Shown here: positions 1 to 8,463 of the stretch, piece by piece
Position numbering within the stretch: the stretch's first letter is position 1
Layout: every line of letters starts with the position of its first letter
Assembly: GCA_016187935.1 (NCBI GenBank)
Contig: JACPIU010000005.1
Span: forward strand, 11,028-43,027
Direction: 5' to 3'
DNA from: Bdellovibrio sp.
GTDB taxonomy: Bacteria; Bdellovibrionota; Bacteriovoracia; Bacteriovoracales; Bacteriovoracaceae
Length of the DNA stretch: 32,000 bases
The notes under the pieces: generated by a model
The model's database searches: none
What the model was told of the DNA's origin: nothing
Seen by the model: the letters and a program-made list of their open reading frames with translations, nothing else
Program-made: the position numbers and the translations under genes

Positions 1-597
1 GACGATATCCGATCTCTTCCAGAAAAGAATATCTTGGTCCGGGGCGAACCGTTCTATTCTGCCTCTTTGGCCCTAAAAAGTGGAATCCCCTTCGTGGGGG
101 CCGAGCCAGAAGGGTCAGATGTCGTGCGAAGTCTTCTGTCCGAGAGATTCAGCACGGAGGACATCGTCGGCTTCCTGATCGCACGGCAGATCCCACAATG
201 GGAACGTGAGAAGAAGGATGTTGAGGCATCCTTCGACCTCCTTCTTTCAACCTTCAATAAGACCGTTCTCAAAGTCGAATTCGGTCTAGGCGAAGACGGC
301 TGGTTAACGCGAAAGCAGTTTCTCGCCTGGTACCGAAAGCGGACCGGGGTGGAGTTCTGTGTCTCCCGGCGTGACGGTAGTGGCTGCAGCACGTATTCAA
401 GTAACCATGCAGAGGATTCGTTTATGACCCGGCTTGCCCGCGCGATGGGTCGGGTTAGAGAGAGAAGCATCCAGCAGACAATCGCGGAGTCGCTCGAGGT
501 CAAGAGAAGGGTCCTGGTTGTGTACGGCGGTAACCACTATCTTGAGGAACGCGCTTTCCTGGCCGAGCAGCTCGGAAAGCCGTGCATGGAGCGGTAA
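1..597 (+). CDS. Hypothetical protein, left-truncated by the window edge; possibly TraB/GumN/ChaN (Tiki-like) superfamily C-terminus
   Basis: Frame 1 is open from nt 1 (DDIRSLPEKNILVRGE...), so the tracked ORF 34..597 is probably the tail of a longer gene. The C-terminal VVYGGNHYLEERAFLAEQLG resembles the GxxH...G end motif of TraB/GumN-type proteins; this is a by-eye match only. GC-rich relative to most of the window. Confidence 0.5.
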   Translation, partial: DDIRSLPEKNILVRGEPFYSASLALKSGIPFVGAEPEGSDVVRSLLSERFSTEDIVGFLIARQIPQWEREKKDVEASFDLLLSTFNKTVLKVEFGLGEDGWLTRKQFLAWYRKRTGVEFCVSRRDGSGCSTYSSNHAEDSFMTRLARAMGRVRERSIQQTIAESLEVKRRVLVVYGGNHYLEERAFLAEQLGKPCMER

Positions 598-959
598 CTA
601 AGGTGTTCATTAATTCGAGCAATACCCCGTAAGAGAGTCGGGTTAGATGTTGTGATTAATTTCATCCTTAATTTGCTGGAAGATATTTTTCTCTTTCTTT
701 CTCTTTGTTTTATCCTCTCATGCCGAAACACCTGACGAAATAAGAAAAAAAATTGAGGCGCGGCGAGCTGCCTGTTTCGGAGGCGATGACTGTTTTTGGG
801 TGCCAGAGAGCGTGGTGGATGAAGCCGTTCAATGTGAGCTTTCTCATCCTGAAAGGGCCCGAGCTTTTGCCTGTTATTCTAATGCGCCACTGGAGTGCGC
901 CAGCTGAGAGTCGAAACATCCGCCCACGCATGAGGCCGGATAAAAGAAAATGTAAGAAT

Positions 960-1976
960 TTACTTCCCCAACACCGGCGCCAGTGGCGCGCGGCGAGTGC
1001 CGCCTCCGCCGACCGAGGCCGGCGCATTATTGCTCACACAGCGAAGCATGGCCCATAAACGGGGCATATCATCGCGGGCCTCACCCAGCTCTTTTTCTAC
1101 CGACGGTTCGGCATAGATGGTTGAGGCCCCGGCAGAATCGACATTGTATACGCCATAATCCTGCAAGGCCTTGCCAATCGCCAGGCCTTGGGGACTTAAA
1201 GGTGGATCGAGTTTGCTTAGATCAATATCTGCAGGAATCGCCGCCAACTGTCCCATGGGATAGTGACCGCTGTAATTCTTTTCTCCCCCATCGTCAATCA
1301 CATTGGCCGGCCACACCGGTCCGCCTGGCCACAGATGAGTGTTGGGCTGAGCCATGGCCAGGGCGTGAGGAATACCTCGGGCCAGTTCACCTGGTCGAAT
1401 GAGTCCACCAACAGCGCTACCGCCGTAGGCCCGCACGCCTCCCGTTAGGACCCCAGGCCCATGCAAATCAGTGCGATTGTAATGCCCCACATTCCAGCCG
1501 CCGCCTTTGCGCGGGAAGGCCCGCCACATCTCATCCACATAGCGACCAGTGGGATCAATTATGTGCAGATGGGCATCGGTGGGAAGCGCCTTGGAGTCGA
1601 GAGGAAGCGCCGGTTGGACATTGGAGGGAATGTGAATACGAATTTGCTCCACGCCTTCTCGGGCCACGTCGGCCTCGGTGAAATCGACATATTTCGCTGA
1701 TTCCACTCGCACAATTGGGACCATGGGATCGCTTGCGCGGGCACGGTAAATGGGGTGACTCCATTCATCGCTGTTGATCCATGCGCCCTGGGCCTCAGAG
1801 ATAAGCGAACGGGTGCAAGGCTCCGCGGCCTTCTGATAACGAGCGCCACTGCCAATGGGCGTGTTCCAAGGAGAATCAGCACTAAAGGGCCAGTCTGCCG
1901 CGTTTCTGGTTTTTACCTCACCGGCCAATGTCTGTGCCACAACTCCCAGGAACATGATGCAAATAAAAAATCGCAT
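960..1976 (-). CDS. Secreted hypothetical protein
   Basis: 338-aa ORF with an N-terminal signal peptide (MRFFICIMFLGVVAQTLAGEV). No family recognised. About 60% GC in a sampled line. Confidence 0.7.
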   Translation of the reverse strand: MRFFICIMFLGVVAQTLAGEVKTRNAADWPFSADSPWNTPIGSGARYQKAAEPCTRSLISEAQGAWINSDEWSHPIYRARASDPMVPIVRVESAKYVDFTEADVAREGVEQIRIHIPSNVQPALPLDSKALPTDAHLHIIDPTGRYVDEMWRAFPRKGGGWNVGHYNRTDLHGPGVLTGGVRAYGGSAVGGLIRPGELARGIPHALAMAQPNTHLWPGGPVWPANVIDDGGEKNYSGHYPMGQLAAIPADIDLSKLDPPLSPQGLAIGKALQDYGVYNVDSAGASTIYAEPSVEKELGEARDDMPRLWAMLRCVSNNAPASVGGGGTRRAPLAPVLGK

Positions 1977-2186
1977 AATTTTCTCCGATCGAAGCCATTA
2001 TAAGTCAGCGATTAGCAATCGCTTTATTTTTTTTCATGAATATTATCATAACAAATTGCAAGATTTTTCTGAAGTTCGATCTCGGATTAGACGCATATTT
2101 ATAACAATATTTATGTAGGTGGATAGAGTGGTTTGTCCTATAATCTTAAGGGCAAGTCACAAGGCTTTAAGCATTCCATAAAAGTT

Positions 2187-3368
2187 ATGAAGGCGACCAT
2201 ATTTTTTTTACTTGCACTCATGCTTCCCCTCGCAGCGACGGGGAAAACCTCGGCCCTTTGGGGACAGCAGGGAGAGCTTTGGAAAAAAGACCGGCTTCCT
2301 GATTTCACAAACGCCGGTTATAAAGCGGGAAAAGTTGAACCCCCCGACTTTAAAAAATCAATCGACATTAAAAAACTGGGCGCAACCGGTGACGGCAAAG
2401 CGGATGATACAAAATTTTTCGAGAAGGCGATAAGGGAATGCTCCGATCATGCGGCGATTTTTGTGCCCAACGGGACATACCTCATTACCAAACCCCTGCT
2501 AGTGAAGTCCAGTCATTGCTCAGTGGTTGGTGAAGACGAAAGTAAAACGAAAATATTTTTTCCAAAAGGTCTAGAAGAAATCCAACCCAAATTTGATGGC
2601 GAGCATACTACCTGGTCATGGGAAGGAGGGATGATCACTTTTTTTGGAAACAACCTGGGAATTCAAAATTTGACGGTGCAATTCCCCGACAACGCCTGGG
2701 AGGGACACAACTTTCACGAAAAAGGCTACAATGGCATCGGCTTTAAAAAAGTGACTGATGGCTGGGTGAAAAATGTGACGATCACCGGAGCGGATCTGGG
2801 CGTGTGGATATCGAGGGAATCGTCGCATATCACGGTAGACCACCTGACTTTGAATTTTGGCCCGAAGCGCAGGGAACGGGACCTCATGGGGCATCACGGT
2901 CTGAACGTCTATGGTGGTCATAATTTAATCAGCAATTTTGAAATCGACGGGCAATTCAAACATGATCTGAGCGTGGAAAGTAAATTTTCCATCTACAATG
3001 TTTTCATGAAAGGAAAAGGCAAAGATCTTTCCATTGATCACCACAGCCAGGACTATAATCAAAAATACAATCTCTGGACCGAGATCGATGCAGGTCAGGG
3101 CTCAAGACTGTACCATTCCGGCGGAAAAAACGTCCCCCGCGGCGTCTGCTTTTACGAAACATACTGGAACATCAAATCACAAAGGCCTGTCCCCTGGGTG
3201 ACCTCCATGGGAATTTCTCGAAACAACAATGCTGTCGGTCTTAATGCTTCCGATAGAGAGGCCATAGTAGATCAGTACAATAATTGGTTTGAATTAATTT
3301 CCCCTGCGGACATTGAACCGAAAAATATTTATACTGCGCAGATGGATGCATTAATAAAAGGAAAATAA
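2187..3368 (+). CDS. Secreted right-handed beta-helix protein (pectate lyase superfamily / Pectate_lyase_3-like glycosidase)
   Basis: The motif LGATGDGKADDTKFFEKAI is the hallmark N-terminal motif of pectate-lyase-3/GH28/GH55-like beta-helix proteins. The signal peptide MKATIFFLLALMLPLAATG starts at the internal ATG 2187, which I prefer to the tracked TTG at 2133. Confidence 0.7.
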   Translation: MKATIFFLLALMLPLAATGKTSALWGQQGELWKKDRLPDFTNAGYKAGKVEPPDFKKSIDIKKLGATGDGKADDTKFFEKAIRECSDHAAIFVPNGTYLITKPLLVKSSHCSVVGEDESKTKIFFPKGLEEIQPKFDGEHTTWSWEGGMITFFGNNLGIQNLTVQFPDNAWEGHNFHEKGYNGIGFKKVTDGWVKNVTITGADLGVWISRESSHITVDHLTLNFGPKRRERDLMGHHGLNVYGGHNLISNFEIDGQFKHDLSVESKFSIYNVFMKGKGKDLSIDHHSQDYNQKYNLWTEIDAGQGSRLYHSGGKNVPRGVCFYETYWNIKSQRPVPWVTSMGISRNNNAVGLNASDREAIVDQYNNWFELISPADIEPKNIYTAQMDALIKGK

Positions 3369-3462
3369 CATCGGATAGGTACTTTTCACATTTTTTTAGG
3401 GAAAAATAATCTTTAGAGAGCTTTTCTAAGAGAGCTAATATCCCCGTTTTAAACTCAAAATA

Positions 3463-4242
3463 TTATTTCTTCCTGGCGATAAACAAAAGATGGTTGCCCA
3501 ACCCTAACAGCTCAGGCTTTGTACAAATTTCTAATTCTAACTTTTTCAATTTTGCCCACTTCTTCGGTTCATAGAATTTACTTTTATCAACCGTATCCGT
3601 GATGGTCGGAGTTGATGCAATCTCTAAAATCTTACAATTATTTTTTTCTAGGAGCTGCTTCATTTCATGAATGTCATACACATGGGTTCTGGGGCCCATA
3701 CCACAATAAGTTTCATTTTTTTTATTTATTTTCAACACTTCATCTAAGTTTCCGTCATTGAGATATTGCCTCATAAATCCATATTTAGAATCGCAGCCAA
3801 TAACCATAATCGAATTTTTTTTAGCAACTCGCACTAATTCTTTCATTGCCTTGAAGCGGTTTTCTAATACGTAAGAAATCGCATCACCAACACAAACGAC
3901 AAAACTAAACTGACCGTCTTTAAATTGTTTTAAATTGCTGATGTCCCCTTCAAAAAGATCGACCTTGTTGGAGAGGTGAGCGTTCTCTACATTTTTTCGA
4001 GCACAATTAACAATCTCAGTTGAAATATCAATTAAAGAAACGTGCTTGCATAGCTTTGCCATCATTATTGCGTTAACACCGGTCCCGCCACCCGCGTCCA
4101 ATACAACATCAACTTCTTTTAAATATTTCTTGATAAACGTTCTTGGAATTTCGGTTCGCAAAGTTGGTCTTTTCTCTTGCCGATCCTCTTCCTCAGCAAT
4201 TTCGTCGTACCGGCTTTTCACTTTCATCGGATCATATTTCAT
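3463..4242 (-). CDS. Class I SAM-dependent methyltransferase
   Basis: Motif I VLDAGGGTGVNA, followed by an acidic residue at the end of the next strand (SLIDIS). AAGGTGA Shine-Dalgarno 6 nt upstream of the ATG. Confidence 0.8.
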   Translation of the reverse strand: MKYDPMKVKSRYDEIAEEEDRQEKRPTLRTEIPRTFIKKYLKEVDVVLDAGGGTGVNAIMMAKLCKHVSLIDISTEIVNCARKNVENAHLSNKVDLFEGDISNLKQFKDGQFSFVVCVGDAISYVLENRFKAMKELVRVAKKNSIMVIGCDSKYGFMRQYLNDGNLDEVLKINKKNETYCGMGPRTHVYDIHEMKQLLEKNNCKILEIASTPTITDTVDKSKFYEPKKWAKLKKLELEICTKPELLGLGNHLLFIARKK

Positions 4243-4296
4243 TTGGATTCACCTTGTGTGCTTTGTTAAGAATAGAATTATCTTATCATACAAAAA

Positions 4297-4328
4297 CTGA
4301 GAACAGGAATTAATGTTCTCAGCTTTTT
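4297..4328. terminator. Rho-independent terminator hairpin (bidirectional shape), probably ending the amidohydrolase transcript
   Basis: The 9-bp stem CTGAGAACA (4297-4305) pairs with TGTTCTCAG (4314-4322). It is flanked by CAAAAA upstream and CTTTTT downstream, so either strand reads a hairpin followed by a U-tract. Confidence 0.65.
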
Positions 4329-4470
4329 ATAGGAATGGATGCAGCTATTTTGTTCAATGCACTCAATGATTAATCTCGCGATTTGTGGATGGTATTCTGG
4401 GCAGTGATTAGTTTTCTTTTTACGTGCTTGGCCGGAATTATGTGTTTTGCGCACTTATGGGCAGATTTAA

Positions 4471-5687
4471 TTATTTATTCAACCGGTAAATGTGAAGCGC
4501 GTTTTCACTCCCGATTTTGTTTGCAAGATATGAAGGTAGCTGCGCCAAAATCCGCCATGTTTCTTCGAAAGATTGTGGTGCCCGCTGAGATCTCCCGGGA
4601 ATTCCGAAGAACTCGTCAGTCCCGATGACAAAGCGGTCTGGGAATTCTTTGAAAAGCTGCAACCATTCCGGTTTGATCTTCCATTCTGCATCCACGATTC
4701 GGTTCGGCATCAGAGTTTTGCGATCCATCATCACCGTCCGTTCCTCGATCCTAAGCGCGAGAAAAAGATTCGGGTGCGCTGCTAAAAGGCGTCGAAGCAA
4801 TCCGACAGTCATCTGTCCCGTATTGTCCCAACCAATATGCTGCCATACAACTCGTGCTTTTCGGTCATGAGAGAGAAAGCGTTCAAAGGCCGGAATATTC
4901 GAGGCAAGTGTCGCAGGGTTACTTGAACTCACCTGATCAAGGCCGGGGGAAGATCTATTTTATCAGTGACCGCTTCCATATGCAGGTCGATCGGCACATC
5001 ATGCTTCGCTGCTACCTCTGCAAGCACGAAAAACAGTGGGTGATCAGGGTCCGTCCGTTCGAACACATGCTTTTTTGAAAAGGACAAATGGAGCGATGCT
5101 ATTTCTCCAAGACCAACCACACCTTTTGCCAGCAGACCTTCGGCCTTTTTTTTGAAGGAGGCACGGATATCTTCAGTGACCGCGTTCGCCGGGGTGGCAT
5201 GCAACACGGAGTTGAGCACGTCGCCTCCGCCCATCACCGCAAAGCGATCCGGGTGGGCCTTGGCAAGCTGGAGGAGTTCATCGAGTTCCTCTGTATCAAT
5301 ATTTTCCTCCGTCCGCGGCGGCGGCATCAGCAATGATTTTCGAACACCATACTTATCCATATGCGCAATCAGATTCAAAGCAGCGGCTTCGTAATCGGCC
5401 TGCGGCCTGCCATTCCTTTGCTCTGGCCCACCTGGGCGAAAACCTGGATGAAATTGTCGCCCAGGGCCCGGTCCACCTCGTCTCCCCCCAGGCCCTCCTG
5501 CGCCCCGCCCCCCACCTTCATCGACCAAACCCATTCCCGGACGGCCCCAAAGGTGCGTATGCACGTCCACGAATTCTCCCTCTTTCGCCATCAAAATCGA
5601 CGTCGACAATAAAGCAGCGATTAACGCCAAATTGTTCCAGACTCCAAAGAGAGAGATATCGCTTCTCCAATTCGAAAGTATTTTCAT
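4471..5687 (-). pseudogene. Periplasmic amidohydrolase-2 type TIM-barrel metallohydrolase, split by a frameshift into ORFs 4929..5687 and 4471..4932
   Basis: The upstream ORF carries a signal/TM segment, the HxH motif (VDVHTHLW) and DLHME. The downstream ORF carries WQHIGWD and GTDEFF, which complete one domain. The ORFs overlap as GTGA. Adding one base to the G5 run at 4945-4949 (C5 on the coding strand) fuses them: ...DKIDLPPGLDQVSSSNPATL... Confidence 0.65.
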
Positions 5688-5908
5688 TCTGCTACTCCGC
5701 TCAAATAGAGTTTCAGTCTAATCAATAGTTTTAATTTTTTCAACGTTGAGAGAGCATGGGAATCTTAAAACGTAATTTTCCATATAAAATCTCGTACTTG
5801 ATCCAGACAAGGAGACCAAGCGTGGCGGCCTAATAATTTCATGGAATTTCTAACCGAATTGCTCATGGCCTATTTTGAGATACTTGGCCCTTGATTTGCT
5901 TCTGCGAC

Positions 5909-5946
5909 GCTGGATTGAGAAAAAATTACAGTTTTCTCAATCCAGC
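5909..5946. repeat. Perfect 15-bp inverted repeat with an 8-nt loop in a divergent intergenic region
   Basis: GCTGGATTGAGAAAA (5909-5923), loop AATTACAG, TTTTCTCAATCCAGC (5932-5946). There is no U-tract after it, so it is not a classical terminator. Confidence 0.8.
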
Positions 5947-6011
5947 TTGAGCCGAAGCGCCATCCATGTTTAAACGCCCTTGTATATTTTATAACTAACC
6001 CTGGAATAATA

Positions 6012-6761
6012 ATGATTCGTAAATTAACGCTGATAGTATTTGTGTTAGGATGGGTTGTGACCTCTGCGAGGGGATTTGCTTCGAGTCCTCGCCAGTGTCT
6101 CGACAGTTATGAGGAAAAATCTGATAAAATTGAAAAACGTGTGAAGAAGATACAGACTCTTCAAACGGTCGGGTATCCGGTCACCGCCTTGGGTGCCCTA
6201 GTGGCCACAGCGATCTCCACCCCGGTCAGTCTGGTTGTGCTGGGGGTGGGAGCAACACCCATCGTGGTCACATCCTTGGTTGTCCATGCCCAAAGGAGAC
6301 AATACGTCGATCTGTTTAGGGCCGCGAGCTTCAATCAAAGATTTCTACCCTATATCGATCGTGCCTTCACCTACGCCGATGAGATTCTGAATAAACCGGA
6401 AGGCCACTCTAAGGAACACTTGGATGATCTGAGATGCAAATTGGATGAGAGTCAATGTTATTGGAACATCAGCATGGTGTACTCACACTCGGCAGACGAA
6501 TACTTCAAGGATTTTCCCAATCCCAATCGTGATTTCAACCAACCGGGAATTTGGGACATCAATGGCCTTTATCGTCGAATTACCAACGAAAAGGCCTTAA
6601 AAAAACTCAGACTCAGTAAGACTGACTTTAGCGAAGTGGATCTGGCCCTATTTCTCGATAAGGCCGTGAAAGAAGGCGCCCTCTGTTCGGCCACTAATGG
6701 AAAACCTCTGCCTTATAAAAAGTTCAAGCATTGGATCATTTCGAACATCAGAGCACGCTAA
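6012..6761 (+). CDS. Hypothetical membrane-associated protein
   Basis: 249-aa ORF with a signal peptide/TM (LTLIVFVLGWVVTSARG) and a second hydrophobic stretch (GYPVTALGALVATAISTPVSLVVLGVGATPIVVTSLVV). No family recognised. Confidence 0.6.
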   Translation: MIRKLTLIVFVLGWVVTSARGFASSPRQCLDSYEEKSDKIEKRVKKIQTLQTVGYPVTALGALVATAISTPVSLVVLGVGATPIVVTSLVVHAQRRQYVDLFRAASFNQRFLPYIDRAFTYADEILNKPEGHSKEHLDDLRCKLDESQCYWNISMVYSHSADEYFKDFPNPNRDFNQPGIWDINGLYRRITNEKALKKLRLSKTDFSEVDLALFLDKAVKEGALCSATNGKPLPYKKFKHWIISNIRAR

Positions 6762-6783
6762 ATCATATCTAAATCATCCCAAT

Positions 6784-6844
6784 CTATACGCATTCGTATA
6801 GGCTTATTTGTGCTCTTGCTTTTGTCTATACGATGGCGTATACA
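6784..6844 (+). promoter_or_regulatory. Two palindromic operators (TATACG-N4-CGTATA) plus a sigma-70-like promoter for the TetR operon
   Basis: IR1 is CTATACG-CATT-CGTATAG (6784-6801). IR2 is CTATACG-ATGG-CGTATAC (6826-6843). Their centres are about 42 bp apart. A putative -35 TTGCTT (6816-6821), 17-bp spacer and -10 TATACA (6839-6844) are present, and IR2 overlaps the spacer and the -10. Confidence 0.6.
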
Positions 6845-6866
6845 TAGCCAAGGGCAGGAGGTTTAG

Positions 6867-7301
6867 TTGAAAGCAAGAAAACCAAGGCACGGCATAATTT
6901 TGATGGTGACCGGCGTGATCCACTCCTTTATTGTGGGAATACCTTTTTTTTGGGAAAAATGGCGCGAATTCGCGCACAGGTTCTTTTTCAACATCACTCC
7001 ACATGAATTAAAATTTGACAGACCTCTCATCCAAAATTTCCGTGACATCCCAGCAGAAGCTGCCCTTTGGTTTTTCATTAGCGGTATTGCCTTACTGCTC
7101 TTAGGTCAGATTGTTCATAGCATCGAAATAGCAACTGGCCGGGTCCCAAGATATCTGGGTTGGGAACTGTTGGTGTTTGGTTTATTATTCTCATGGATGA
7201 TCCCCATAAGTGGATTTCCGGTTTTTCTAGTTCCCCAGTCCATTTTTATGATTGTAAGGCAAATGAAATTAGGAAACCCGACATGGCAAAAGCAAATGTA
7301 A
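6867..7301 (+). CDS. Small integral membrane protein (3-4 TM), first gene of the TetR unit
   Basis: TTG start preceded by GGAGG (6857-6861) at 5-nt spacing. Several hydrophobic helices. The stop overlaps the TetR start region. Confidence 0.65.
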   Translation: MKARKPRHGIILMVTGVIHSFIVGIPFFWEKWREFAHRFFFNITPHELKFDRPLIQNFRDIPAEAALWFFISGIALLLLGQIVHSIEIATGRVPRYLGWELLVFGLLFSWMIPISGFPVFLVPQSIFMIVRQMKLGNPTWQKQM

Positions 7302-7846
7302 CCAAAGAGCAATGGCTTGATGAAGGGCTGAAATGTTTTGGGCGACATGGACTAAAAGGCCTAAATGTTGAAGACATGGCGAAAAAACTTGGCAGTAGTA
7401 AGGCGGGTTTTTATTGGTATTTTAAATCCAGAGATGAATATATTAATGCTTTATTTAATTTTTGGCATGAAAAAGAAACTAATGCAGCAATTGCTCTTTC
7501 GAGAGGCGAAGCAAACCCCATAGATAAACTTGAGGCGCTCTTTCAGGCCCCAGCAAAGATAAAAATTTACCGCGATGTTTTGTTTCAGATTCGAAATCTT
7601 GCCTCGTCCAGAAAGTCATTTCGGAACTTACTGGAGAGTATTGAGAATCAACGGATAAAATATGTTAGCGACATTTTTGCAGAACTTGGTTATCCGAAGA
7701 GCAAGGCCATTAGGCTAGGCCAATTTTTATATTGTTATTATCTTGGATGGTATGAACGTATCAAAGATAAAAAAATTACTCAGGATGAAATGCATAAGCA
7801 ATTTCAACTAGTATCATCCCTTTTAAACATTCGAGGAGGGAGATGA
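7283..7846 (+). CDS. TetR/AcrR family transcriptional regulator
   Basis: N-terminal HTH LNVEDMAKKLGSSKAGFYWYFKSRDEY is a typical TetR_N motif. The internal ATG at 7283 (MAKANVTKEQW) is preferred because the tracked extension from 7160 overlaps the membrane-protein gene. Confidence 0.85.
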   Translation: MAKANVTKEQWLDEGLKCFGRHGLKGLNVEDMAKKLGSSKAGFYWYFKSRDEYINALFNFWHEKETNAAIALSRGEANPIDKLEALFQAPAKIKIYRDVLFQIRNLASSRKSFRNLLESIENQRIKYVSDIFAELGYPKSKAIRLGQFLYCYYLGWYERIKDKKITQDEMHKQFQLVSSLLNIRGGR

Positions 7847-8418
7847 GAATCAAAATTATACCGAGAAATAATAAACATAATGAATGGATCATTCATGACC
7901 TGGTACATGATTTTGTACTAAGGGATATTTGGTGCTTACCTATTAAAACTGAACGTCCCTTTCGAGAGTTCTTGCAATTTTTTTTTAGTGTTGACCCCAT
8001 GAATTCAGCCCTTATTGTCAAAACACTTTTCAAGTTTCGTCTTAGCCTTGGAAGAATCTTTGCGCTGGATAGTGAGGCAACCTGCATTCCTATCACAGGC
8101 GAAGCCAGCATTGGCGAACGCTTAATACATCAATTTCCTTTCGAACTTCCTCTTCCCCGCAATGCCTTTGCTCACTTTCATCCTGTTTACCAACGAGAAA
8201 ATGAAGCGCTTTTAGAAACTTCCAATAAAACTATTTTCGCGTTGATTCACTTAGGAAAAAAGGATCATGAAATTTGGCTGAGTGTTTACACAAAATCGTT
8301 TGGCCTTTTAAGTGACTGTTACATGGGTATGATTAAACCTTTTAGGCATTATATAATTTATCCCCTTTGGCTAAATTACATTAAAAAAGAATGGGAGAAA
8401 AATGAGCAAACTTTATAG
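7843..8418 (+). CDS. Hypothetical protein, possibly DUF2867-like
   Basis: ATGA start/stop overlap with tetR and GGAGGGA upstream. Weak by-eye resemblance to DUF2867 proteins (HDFVLRDIWCLPI), which often sit beside regulators. Confidence 0.55.
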   Translation: MRIKIIPRNNKHNEWIIHDLVHDFVLRDIWCLPIKTERPFREFLQFFFSVDPMNSALIVKTLFKFRLSLGRIFALDSEATCIPITGEASIGERLIHQFPFELPLPRNAFAHFHPVYQRENEALLETSNKTIFALIHLGKKDHEIWLSVYTKSFGLLSDCYMGMIKPFRHYIIYPLWLNYIKKEWEKNEQTL

Positions 8419-8463
8419 CGCCAGCGCCAGAACAAGAAATGTATCTCTCCTGAAATCGATTTT

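Noticed and set aside
600-959. A 360-bp gap between convergent genes as a possible ncRNA or riboswitch
   Set aside because: Only short imperfect hairpins were seen (e.g. CCGAAACA/TGTTTCGG with a ~40-nt loop), with no recognisable conserved RNA motif. A covariance-model scan would be needed.
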